This document shows positions 9,138-17,416 of a stretch of DNA of 41,286 nucleotides, in pieces. Location: positions 1 to 41,286 of IMG/VR virus record IMGVR_UViG_3300049015_000086. One strand, given 5' to 3'. Source of the DNA: a virus (lineage: Duplodnaviria; Caudoviricetes). The number at the start of each line of letters is the position of its first letter. Position 1 is the first letter of the stretch. A model generated the notes under the pieces. It had not been told where the DNA came from, did not search any database, and saw only the letters and a program-made list of their open reading frames with translations. The position numbers and the translations under genes are program-made.

Positions 9138-10196
9138 CTAATAAGCCACCACAGTCATATACCCCTCTAAATGCTTGGCATCGATGGTATAAGCGGCATC
9201 CATGATGTTGGTTTTTTGGGTACGGTCGTAGAAAACGTCCAGCTTGGTCAGGTCTTCTTCGCTAAGGGTTCCGACAGGGATGTTCGACTTAGTTGTGAAA
9301 ACAGCCCTGTGCGGCAGGTTCCATTTTGTAGCATTGTCTTGGTAAGTTTTGATATACCTGTCCCAGTCGTAGCGCACCTTGATTTCAATACCGTCAAAGT
9401 ACAGCTTAGGGCGGCCTTCTTCAACTACTTCAAGGAAGCCTGAGCCGAGGTTCTTGTTCCTTAATGTTGCCCGATAGTTATCGGCCAGTGTTCGCGATGC
9501 AAGTATAAAAGCATCATCGGCAGATACAAGGCGCTCATCGGCGGCAGTAACCATTTTCTCGAAAATAGCAAGGGCGGCGTCTTCACCAAGGTTCTGCCCT
9601 GTATAGTTTGCTCCCGCATTTGCTGTAATAGCAACATAGTTTTTTGCTGTGGTAGGCACTTCGGCAAACAGCTGCTTGAACAATCCGTCAAAGGAGTTGA
9701 AGTAATCCAGGTCAGTACCGTTCTTGAACACACCTCCGTCGGCAATCGTCTCAGCAGCCGTGTCGTTGAACCATACCTTGCGGTGAATGTTCTCAATTAA
9801 AGCCGACTCCACAGCCGAAATAATCACTCCAAATTCCTCACTGCCCACAGCGTCAAAGAAGTCCGGGTTGACCCTTTTCGACTTTTTAAACAGCTTTAAC
9901 AAGGCAGGCATATCTGACTGGCAATGAGTAAGTCTGAAGTCTTCCATAACAGGCGTCCAATACTTCTGCGTAAGCTCAAAACCGCCTGCCTCGTTTGGCG
10001 TACAGCCTACGGTTTTTTTACCAAGCAATCCAAGCCTTCCGGCGAAAGCAATTTGCTTGCTTACATCAATTCCTGTTTCAATGTCGTGGTACTCGGCAAG
10101 GTCACTTTCGTTATACACCCTGCTGAAGATCACTTCGCTCATGGTTTCCACCTCGCGTGGGTTCAGTGTCAGGTTCTCTGCGTTTATTAATGCCAT
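9138..10196 (-). CDS. Major capsid protein
   Basis: 352 aa, coupled to the prohead protease by a one-base overlap; size and FNSFDGLFKQL / LYFDGIEI segments fit an HK97-fold capsid protein. Confidence 0.8.
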   Translation of the reverse strand: MALINAENLTLNPREVETMSEVIFSRVYNESDLAEYHDIETGIDVSKQIAFAGRLGLLGKKTVGCTPNEAGGFELTQKYWTPVMEDFRLTHCQSDMPALLKLFKKSKRVNPDFFDAVGSEEFGVIISAVESALIENIHRKVWFNDTAAETIADGGVFKNGTDLDYFNSFDGLFKQLFAEVPTTAKNYVAITANAGANYTGQNLGEDAALAIFEKMVTAADERLVSADDAFILASRTLADNYRATLRNKNLGSGFLEVVEEGRPKLYFDGIEIKVRYDWDRYIKTYQDNATKWNLPHRAVFTTKSNIPVGTLSEEDLTKLDVFYDRTQKTNIMDAAYTIDAKHLEGYMTVVAY

Positions 10197-11218
10197 TATT
10201 TACCTTTTTTAGACCTCAAATATTCTTTCATTCCTGCTGTGCGGTCGGTGTCGCCTTGTTTTCTATAGGCCGCTTTCTTTCCGTCAACGCTAAAGTTAGA
10301 ACTCACTTGTCGCTTCAATGCCATCACTTCATTGCGTATCGAGTTGAGCTGGCGCTTTAGGTTCTTGTTCTCTTTCTTTAACGACTCTGCTTCTGCATCT
10401 TCTTCAGGTTCAATAATTTCAGTCAGTTCACCTTCAGCGAAAACATAAGTAAATCCATCAGGCAAAATGTACTTGCCTTCAGCGGGTTTGCCGTCAATTG
10501 TGGCGATGGCTCCAACTTCAATGACGGCATCGTCGGCCAAATCTGTGAAGTCAATTTCGGTACCGGTGGCATCCTGGATTACTTTGTTGAAAACATGGGC
10601 GTTCTTGAATTTGCCCAGCACTTTGGTAAACAGGCTTTCCATCCAGTGCCTGTCGCGTTCGGAAAATGTTCCGTTCATTGTAGAATTGGTTTTAAAGAAA
10701 GCTTTGGCTGCGGCCTTAACCTGCCGCGAGGTAGTGAAGCCCAGTGTGGTGAGTTGGGTAGGGGTCAGCCAGGTCTCGTTCTTAAGGAGCGGCATCAGCG
10801 CCTGCTCTTCGAGGTGGAGTGACTTTTTGTAAAAGCCCACAAGCTTTTTCTCGATGCCCCTCAGCTGGTCGGCGAACTTTTCCAGCTCATCGGCAGTGCC
10901 CATGGAACCGCCCCACGGGAGGTGGATCATAAACGGCGTGTTCTCCCTAACCAGCCTTTCGGTGCCCGCCATAAAAATGACAGTGGCAATGCTGGCTACG
11001 ATACCGCTGCCAATGGTAGTGATGGGCTTGCCAAGCGACGTGAGGTAATTGTAAATGTCGAAGCCAACATCTACCAGCCCGCCTTCACTGTTAATGTGCA
11101 CATTAAAAGCAGTGGCTTTGGGCTGTTTTTTTACCTGGCTTATCACATCTATCAGCTCCACACCGGCAACACTGTCAAAAGTACCTATCTGCCCACTGAT
11201 GTAAATGTTTCCTGTCAT
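10196..11218 (-). CDS. Prohead maturation protease (ClpP-like S14) fused to a scaffold-like C-terminus
   Basis: HINSEGG, VASIA (Ser), FMIHLP (His) and ETWL motifs; C-terminal coiled coil. Confidence 0.9.
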   Translation of the reverse strand: MTGNIYISGQIGTFDSVAGVELIDVISQVKKQPKATAFNVHINSEGGLVDVGFDIYNYLTSLGKPITTIGSGIVASIATVIFMAGTERLVRENTPFMIHLPWGGSMGTADELEKFADQLRGIEKKLVGFYKKSLHLEEQALMPLLKNETWLTPTQLTTLGFTTSRQVKAAAKAFFKTNSTMNGTFSERDRHWMESLFTKVLGKFKNAHVFNKVIQDATGTEIDFTDLADDAVIEVGAIATIDGKPAEGKYILPDGFTYVFAEGELTEIIEPEEDAEAESLKKENKNLKRQLNSIRNEVMALKRQVSSNFSVDGKKAAYRKQGDTDRTAGMKEYLRSKKGK

Positions 11219-11225
11219 TCAATTG

Positions 11226-12112
11226 GATTGAAGATTGAAATATTTAAGGATTGAAAGATTTGAGGAGGATTGAAGAGGGATTTTTAGATTTTTAGAAGAA
11301 GCAACACAGATGAAACAGATTTGACTGATGTCCACAGATTTCTTACTTGAGCGTTCTGTTATGCTGAGCCTGTCGAAGCATCTCAATACTGAGTGAAGCT
11401 TGCTCCCCTCTCGTTCGGAGAGGGGCTGGGGGTGAGGACGGGTGTGTCATTTAAAATTTAAAATTCATCATTTAAAATACTTGCTTTCGACAGTACAAAG
11501 GTACTACGACTTTCGCGGGATGTTACTGAAGCGGGTAGTGCAGTAGATTAGATTATTAGATAGTTAGACTGCTGGATTTTTAGGCTGTCAGGATAATAGA
11601 GCGCGGATAACACGGATTATTTGATCAACGCGGATTTGTTAGTTGAACGTTCTGTCATGCTGAGCGAGCATAGCGCAATCGAAGAATCTCAATACTGAGT
11701 GAAGCTTGCTCCCCCGTCATTGCGAGGAGGAACGACGTGGCAGTCCTTCGGAGAGGGGCTGGGGGTGAGGTTTAGTCTTCTTTTGTCTTGAAACAAAAGA
11801 AGCAAAAGTTCAGGGCTTGCAAATCTTCCACTTCAAATCTACGTCAGATTTCGCCCGACGCGACCCAAGCCGTTTGCTGCTGCGCGCTCACTCGCGGATC
11901 GCTTACCTGCGCCCAACGCTGAAATCTTCCTCGATTTGCTACGTGAAATATTTGATGCCATAGCTTCACTCAAACGTCCACGCAGTCACGCTGAGCCTGT
12001 CGAAGCGCATTAAAATGAAGCTCGCTCCCCTCTCCTTGGGAGAGGGGTTGGGGGAGAGGATTCTAAGGCACAGGATAAACACATTTAAAATTCAAAATTC
12101 AGCATTTAAAAT
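11226..12112. repeat. Composite repeat field: GATTGAA-type oligomers, CACAGAT/CGCGGAT repeats, GTCATGCTGAGC..TCGAAG palindromes, CCCCTCTCC REPs, TTTAAAA repeats
   Basis: Modules read directly; about 11345-11437 is imperfectly repeated at about 11641-11770. Confidence 0.8.
11496..11545 (-). promoter_or_regulatory. Candidate late promoter of the head operon: -7 box TACCTTTG plus upstream inverted repeat
   Basis: caaaggta at 11496-11503 is TACCTTTG on the minus strand (Bacteroidota TAnnTTTG); TACTGAA-N8-TGCAGTA at 11524-11545 occupies the -33 region. Confidence 0.55.
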
Positions 12113-12129
12113 TACAATGCAGATTTCCC

Positions 12130-12137
12130 TAACTTTG
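12130..12137 (+). promoter_or_regulatory. Bacteroidota sigma70 -7 element
   Basis: TAACTTTG ending 15 bp before ATG 12153. Confidence 0.55.
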
Positions 12138-12152
12138 GGCTAAACCCCTTTC

Positions 12153-12713
12153 ATGAAGCAATACTATTTTTTAGCGATATTCGCATTGTTCATCGCATCC
12201 TGTGGTGAGAAAACGGCCGAGCCTAAAGAACGCGTCAACTATTCGGAGAAGATCGTAGCCAACTTCACGCAATGGGACGCACCGGGTTTCAAAAAGCCTG
12301 ATGTGACTTTAAGCAAAACCGTTCAAAGCGCAGTGAGCCAACTCGCTAACGACACCCTTGTGCCTACCGAACGTTACCAGTCGGCCTTTAAAACTCTGAA
12401 AAGTAAAGCTACGGAAAACGAGCTGCTCCTCCTTACCGTACACGAGAATCCTGTAATACGCTGCCATGCCTACACCGCACTGAACGAAAGGCAATACCGC
12501 CAGATACACAGGGTTTGCTTTGAGCATTTTAATGATACGCTTCAAAAGGTTACCCTTACAATTGATGGCAGGAAATTTCCGCTTTCGGTGCGTACGTGGA
12601 TGTTGTATGGGCTTCGCCCTGAATCGGGTTCTGAATACAGCTTCAAGAATAAGCTTTACCGAAGGTATCTTAGTGACTACCCCGACCTGAAGCGTGAGAA
12701 AAGGCGCAGGTAA
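12153..12713 (+). CDS. Lipoprotein of unknown function with a HEAT-like helical motif (antisense cargo)
   Basis: Lipobox IASC; ELLLLTVHENPVIRCHAYTAL. Confidence 0.7.
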   Translation: MKQYYFLAIFALFIASCGEKTAEPKERVNYSEKIVANFTQWDAPGFKKPDVTLSKTVQSAVSQLANDTLVPTERYQSAFKTLKSKATENELLLLTVHENPVIRCHAYTALNERQYRQIHRVCFEHFNDTLQKVTLTIDGRKFPLSVRTWMLYGLRPESGSEYSFKNKLYRRYLSDYPDLKREKRRR

Positions 12714-13045
12714 ACTCGCATTATACGGCTTTACACGCGTTTTTTGGAGTTCTTAACTACGCATTCAGGAAGTTTAATTGAAATTTCCGGTAGCTCCAGG
12801 CACAATAAGAAGGTTGTGACATTCGAAATTTGCTTATTTCCAGTCAATGCCAAATCATTTTTTAACTGATTATTTATGAGGTGAATATAGATTTCATGAA
12901 AATAAAATTTGTGTTAAAAAAACATTAAATATCATTCTAAATTTTATTTTTGGAAAGTAGTTACTGTTGGCTTAAGATACCCTGTGTATAACGATAGCCA
13001 GCAAAAAAATGATGATGAAACTGAATAAATGAAACTTAGAATCCA

Positions 13046-13843
13046 ATGCACAAAATTACTTTTCTGGCTACTGCGTTATTAATTTCCCTTACAACTTTTG
13101 CACAAAATTCTCCGGGTAAGCGCCCATCGCTTCTTCTCGACAAACTGGTGATAGTGCAACCACTTCAAAAAACCGTATTGGCATACCAAAAAGGGTATGA
13201 CAGCTTTTATGCTGACGAGAACCTGCTGGAGCGATACGCCGAAAACAAAAACAAAAAAACCGACCACGATGCCCTTGCTAACCGCGTACTTAAGGTTAAG
13301 GCTGTAGAGCCTTTTCCACTGCCGGGAGCACCCGATTATAAGATCGTGCTCCAGGACACGCTTAGCAAAGAAACCATCTTTTACAAGTTCAATGAGCTTG
13401 CCGCCAATAAAGGCAACTACTACTTTGAAGTTGTGGGCGGGCTCAATTACCCACCCGACTTTTATTGCGATTACATTCAACAGGATAAGGACGCTCTTAT
13501 TGCAATGCTGACGGAAGGCATATCGGTAAAAAAAATCGTTATGGGCAAAACTGTACAATACATTATGGAAGTCCGCACCATAGAAGAAACCATAAGCATG
13601 GTTCCGGGCATTACCCTTGTAATGGAAAACGGCCTGCAGATCGCTAAGCCCGATGTACAGGCAGAGGTGTCGGCGAGCAGTCAGGACAAGCTTATCTACA
13701 TTGCTTTATTCGAACTTACACCGCATGAGGTTTCGCTCCTTGGCCAAAGCAAGATCGTGAGTGGCAAAATATCCAAATTTGAGAAAACTTACAGCGAAGG
13801 CGAGAAGCTAAAGCAGATGGTTAAGTGTATGGGGAGGAAATAG
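13046..13843 (+). CDS. Secreted protein, distant paralog of 15345..16139 and 16449..17246
   Basis: Signal peptide TTFA-Q; shared RPxLLL, GYxxF, ALAxR, LQD, YYFEVxGGL..DFYCDY motifs and a C-terminal Cys. Confidence 0.8.
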   Translation: MHKITFLATALLISLTTFAQNSPGKRPSLLLDKLVIVQPLQKTVLAYQKGYDSFYADENLLERYAENKNKKTDHDALANRVLKVKAVEPFPLPGAPDYKIVLQDTLSKETIFYKFNELAANKGNYYFEVVGGLNYPPDFYCDYIQQDKDALIAMLTEGISVKKIVMGKTVQYIMEVRTIEETISMVPGITLVMENGLQIAKPDVQAEVSASSQDKLIYIALFELTPHEVSLLGQSKIVSGKISKFEKTYSEGEKLKQMVKCMGRK

Positions 13844-13908
13844 GAAAAGGGAAAAGGGAGAAGGGAAGAGGGGAAAGCCACGAGCCACGAGCCACAAGCG
13901 AAAAGCCA
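13844..13908. repeat. Heptamer tandem repeats (GAAAAGG / GCCACGA types)
   Basis: gaaaagggaaaagggagaagggaagaggggaaa and gccacgagccacgagccacaa. Confidence 0.7.
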
Positions 13909-13986
13909 ATCTCCAATATCCGACACGCAATATCTAACCACTGCTTCCGTTAAGGAATAATCCTATATTTGAGGAAATACATTCCC

Positions 13987-14613
13987 ATGAAACATTTATT
14001 CCTTTTTATCATTGTGATGATTGCAGCAAGCTGCGCAAAAGAACCAAAGCAGGACGTTAATGAGTCCGAAGAGCCGCCCGCTGTATCAGCACAAACCACC
14101 GATCACAATTACAGGATGGATGGCGATAAAAGAGGGTATTCGGAAGTATTTCTCTATAACCTGTCGAAACATAAAAGCACCCAAAAGATTATAGTAAAGG
14201 ATAACTATATACTTGTAGATAGCGATACAGTGTACTTTCCCGAAGACCTTGTGAAGATGAAAGATTATCATTTTACAGGGTTTACCGAAAAGCGCTTTTA
14301 CCAACTCGACGTTCGCCGTACGAACCTAACATCCTTAGAGTATGAGTATGTTGTGTTAGAGAACGAAAAACCCATACATGAGGCTAAAGGCACTGTTCAT
14401 CTCAATGCCGGATTCTATCTGGGATCAGAAACTGCCGACGATGACGAAACAGGCGAGGGTTACCTTTTGACCGAATATTTGTCGGAAGGAAAAGATAGTT
14501 ATTCGATAAGAATAGGAGAGCCGGATGAGCAGGGCAGGTTAAGGGCCACAGTATCAGGCGGCAAGCCTAATGATGCCGTTAATCCCGATATTACGCTGCG
14601 GCAAAGTATGTAA
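13987..14613 (+). CDS. Lipoprotein of unknown function (antisense cargo)
   Basis: ATG 13987, lipobox AASC; TATATTTG promoter box at 13964-13971. Confidence 0.75.
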   Translation: MKHLFLFIIVMIAASCAKEPKQDVNESEEPPAVSAQTTDHNYRMDGDKRGYSEVFLYNLSKHKSTQKIIVKDNYILVDSDTVYFPEDLVKMKDYHFTGFTEKRFYQLDVRRTNLTSLEYEYVVLENEKPIHEAKGTVHLNAGFYLGSETADDDETGEGYLLTEYLSEGKDSYSIRIGEPDEQGRLRATVSGGKPNDAVNPDITLRQSM

Positions 14614-14769
14614 TGAAAGGATTATTAGATATTTAAAAAGTTAGATTCTTCGATAAGATAAAACCTCTGTGAATCTTCGTGCTTCTTTAAGAATCTCTGC
14701 GAAACCGTTCAATTATCCCCAGTGTCTAACAATCCAATGGTCTAATAATCTAATAATCCACAATCTAAA

Positions 14770-15012
14770 TCAACTTTCCATAAACGCGATTACCGTAAAG
14801 ATGCTTCTCTCACTTATGCTGTAATCGTCGGCAATGGTACAGGCAACATGCGTTTTTCGGAGCTTGCCATGCTTTTTTCTGTAATTCTCCGCTTCTTTTA
14901 AGTATGCTTCATAATATACTTTCCAGTCCAGGATGTGCACAGGCACAAGCCCCTTGCTTATCAGTTTCACGAATTCGTCACCAAGGTTTACAATCGTTTC
15001 ATATCGGGTCAT
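14770..15012 (-). CDS. Small HTH DNA-binding protein, candidate late-gene activator
   Basis: C-terminal TIADDYSISERSIFTVI helix-turn-helix pattern; TAATG coupling to the upstream Cys-rich gene; last phage gene before the head operon promoter. Confidence 0.55.
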   Translation of the reverse strand: MTRYETIVNLGDEFVKLISKGLVPVHILDWKVYYEAYLKEAENYRKKHGKLRKTHVACTIADDYSISERSIFTVIAFMES

Positions 15013-15251
15013 TACCATTTATTATTGGGGCAAATATCATTGGACCGCACCTTAGCCGATAGCGGGCAGCCGCAGGCAGTGCAGTAAGCGCCCTGAATTT
15101 CCTTAAGGGTATCTTTTATAAATGCAAGCAGCTTTCCCTGTTTAGCCAAAGGGCATGCCGCACAAATAGCCGCCCGTTCTTTAGCAATGGCTTCGGTTAC
15201 TTCGCTTTTATCAAGGAAGTTCTTCCAGCCGTTAAGGATATGGTTAATCAC
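15012..15251 (-). CDS. Small Cys-rich, probably metal-binding phage protein
   Basis: ICAACP ... YCTACGCPLSAK ... CPNNKW; GTG start. Confidence 0.75.
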   Translation of the reverse strand: MINHILNGWKNFLDKSEVTEAIAKERAAICAACPLAKQGKLLAFIKDTLKEIQGAYCTACGCPLSAKVRSNDICPNNKW

Positions 15252-15276
15252 GCTTATTGTTTATTTTGAAATATTA

Positions 15277-15307
15277 TTTGGCAGCTAATAATTTTCTGAT
15301 ATATTTG
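15277..15307 (+). promoter_or_regulatory. Consensus Bacteroidota promoter TTTG-N19-TATATTTG
   Basis: TTTG 15277-15280, TATATTTG 15300-15307; conserved in the duplicate at 16382-16412. Confidence 0.75.
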
Positions 15308-15344
15308 TATTAATTATAAGAATATTTTCTAATACATCACCCGA

Positions 15345-16139
15345 ATGAAAAAACTTGCTTTCCTCCTATTATTAACTGCCTATGCCTTACAGGCTCAGGA
15401 TTATCCTTTCCGCAGGCCTGAACTACTACTTAACAAAGAAGTGAAAATTAAAGAATTGCCTTCTTACGAACTTCAGGATGGGTATAAGAATTTCAGGAGC
15501 AATGCTGATGGGCGTGTAACTTATGAAGAAATCAAATATAATGGTTCAAAACCTGAAGCCCTTGCAGGCCGTATATTTAAGGTGACTAATATTACCGGAG
15601 GTAAAACATCTTACGAAACAGCCAGCTATATACTTACACTGCAGGACGATAAAGAAACTATTTATTTTAACTACTACATCCCAAGTTCTGACTACTATTT
15701 TGAAGTAATTGGGGGCCTTGACGTTACAGCCGATTTTTATTGTGACTATGTAGCTGAAGTAGCCGGTGAAATGGGAGAAAAAGTTTATCGGCAGACGGAA
15801 AACACGATAGGCCTTATGTTTGAAAAGGTAATAAATACATCCACAAAAAAAGCCGAATATACTTTATATTTCAACGAACAAACTGTTAAGCCTGCCCCTA
15901 AAGGATTTGGAGTGGTTATAATGTTAGATAATGGCCAAAAAATTGACCTTCCAAAATCACTGGTTATCAAACACGATTCAGCGTATAAAGCCGCTATAAC
16001 ATTGACCACTGCCCACATTAACCTTTTGAAGGCCCACAAAATTACGAACTTCAAATTACTGGAGCATGAGGGTTCAGTAACAAATGAGCAAGCCTGGTTA
16101 CTAAGAGGAGTGCTTCAATGCCTACTGACTAAAAACTAG
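15345..16139 (+). CDS. Secreted protein, tandem duplicate copy A
   Basis: Signal peptide ALQA-Q; highly similar to 16449..17246. Confidence 0.85.
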   Translation: MKKLAFLLLLTAYALQAQDYPFRRPELLLNKEVKIKELPSYELQDGYKNFRSNADGRVTYEEIKYNGSKPEALAGRIFKVTNITGGKTSYETASYILTLQDDKETIYFNYYIPSSDYYFEVIGGLDVTADFYCDYVAEVAGEMGEKVYRQTENTIGLMFEKVINTSTKKAEYTLYFNEQTVKPAPKGFGVVIMLDNGQKIDLPKSLVIKHDSAYKAAITLTTAHINLLKAHKITNFKLLEHEGSVTNEQAWLLRGVLQCLLTKN

Positions 16140-16154
16140 TTTAATTAGTTTGAC

Positions 16155-16187
16155 AAAAAAGTTGCTGTATTAACAGCAACTTTTTTT
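16155..16187. terminator. Bidirectional intrinsic terminator
   Basis: AAAAAAGTTGCTGT-atta-ACAGCAACTTTTTTT. Confidence 0.85.
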
Positions 16188-16219
16188 AATGGTACCCAGT
16201 TGCAAACTCTCAATAGCTG

Positions 16220-16357
16220 TCAATACTCTGTGAATCTTTGTCTTTTTTGAGAATCTTTAAGAAAGCAGATTGTGACCTCACGCTCTTTAGCGATAGCTTC
16301 GGCCACTTCGCTTTTGTCAATGAACTTTTTCCAACCTCTAAGGATATGGTTTATCAC
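16220..16357 (-). pseudogene. Truncated duplicate of the Cys-rich gene 15012..15251
   Basis: Translates as MINHILRGWKKFIDKSEVAEAIAKER, then runs into repeat DNA and stops; the CxxC motifs are lost. Confidence 0.85.
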
Positions 16358-16381
16358 GCTTATTGTTTATTTAAAATATTA

Positions 16382-16412
16382 TTTGGCAGCTAACAATTTT
16401 CTGATATATTTG
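16382..16412 (+). promoter_or_regulatory. Consensus Bacteroidota promoter TTTG-N19-TATATTTG (duplicate)
   Basis: TTTG 16382-16385, TATATTTG 16405-16412. Confidence 0.75.
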
Positions 16413-16448
16413 TACTGTTATAAGAATATTTTCTAATACATCAATCCA

Positions 16449-17246
16449 ATGAAAAAACTTGCTTTCCTAATCCTATTATTAACTGCCTACGCCTTGCATG
16501 CGCAGAATTATCCTTACCGCAGGCCTGAACTACTACTTAACAAAGAAGTGAAAATTAAAGAATTGCATCAGTTAGATCTTCAGGATGGCTATTCAAATTT
16601 CAGGAGCGATCCTGAAGGCCTCGATATATATGAAGAGATTAAGTATAAAGGTTCAAAGCCTGAAGCTCTTGCAGGCCGTACATTCAAGGTGACCGAAATT
16701 AAAGGCGGAAAGACCTCTTTTAGGACAGCTAAGTATGTTTTAACATTGCAGGATGATAAAGAAACAATCTATTATACCTATAATATTCCGGATAATGATT
16801 ATTACTTTGAAGTGATAGGCGGGCTTGACGTTAGTGGCGATTTTTATTGTGACTATGTAGCTGAGGTAGCCGGAGAAATGGGAGAAAAAGTTTATAAGCA
16901 GACAGAAAACAGGATAGGCCTTATGTTTGAAAAAGTAATAAATACATCCACAAAAAAAGCGGAATATGTTTTACATTTTAATGAACAAAGCGTTAAGCCT
17001 ACCCCAAAAGGATTTGGAGTGGTTATAATGTTAGATAATGGCCAAAAAATTGACCTTCCCAAATCATTGGTTATCAAAGATGATTCAGCGTATAAAGCCG
17101 CTATAACATTGACCACTGCCCACATTAACCTTTTGAAGTCGCACAAAATTACCAACTTCAAATTACTGGAGCATGAGGGTTCAGTAACAATTGAACAGGG
17201 CTGGCTATTGAGGGGTGTGCTTCAATGCCTGCTGACAAAAAACTAA
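16449..17246 (+). CDS. Secreted protein, tandem duplicate copy B
   Basis: Signal peptide ALHA-Q; highly similar to 15345..16139. Confidence 0.85.
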   Translation: MKKLAFLILLLTAYALHAQNYPYRRPELLLNKEVKIKELHQLDLQDGYSNFRSDPEGLDIYEEIKYKGSKPEALAGRTFKVTEIKGGKTSFRTAKYVLTLQDDKETIYYTYNIPDNDYYFEVIGGLDVSGDFYCDYVAEVAGEMGEKVYKQTENRIGLMFEKVINTSTKKAEYVLHFNEQSVKPTPKGFGVVIMLDNGQKIDLPKSLVIKDDSAYKAAITLTTAHINLLKSHKITNFKLLEHEGSVTIEQGWLLRGVLQCLLTKN

Positions 17247-17262
17247 TTTAATTTAGTTTTAC

Positions 17263-17295
17263 AAAAAAGTTGCTGTGATTACAGCAACTTTTTTT
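17263..17295. terminator. Bidirectional intrinsic terminator
   Basis: AAAAAAGTTGCTGT-gatt-ACAGCAACTTTTTTT. Confidence 0.85.
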
Positions 17296-17416
17296 ATTGG
17301 TACCCAAGGGAAGTCAAAAGTCAAAAGCCAACAGCCACTTGGCAAGCCCTAAACCCCCAACCCCTTATTACATCTCGATACTTAATACTTAATACTTAAT
17401 ATTTAATACTCGCAGT

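Noticed and set aside
10196-11218. Host housekeeping clpP
   Set aside because: Long scaffold-like C-terminus and coupling to the capsid gene indicate a phage prohead protease
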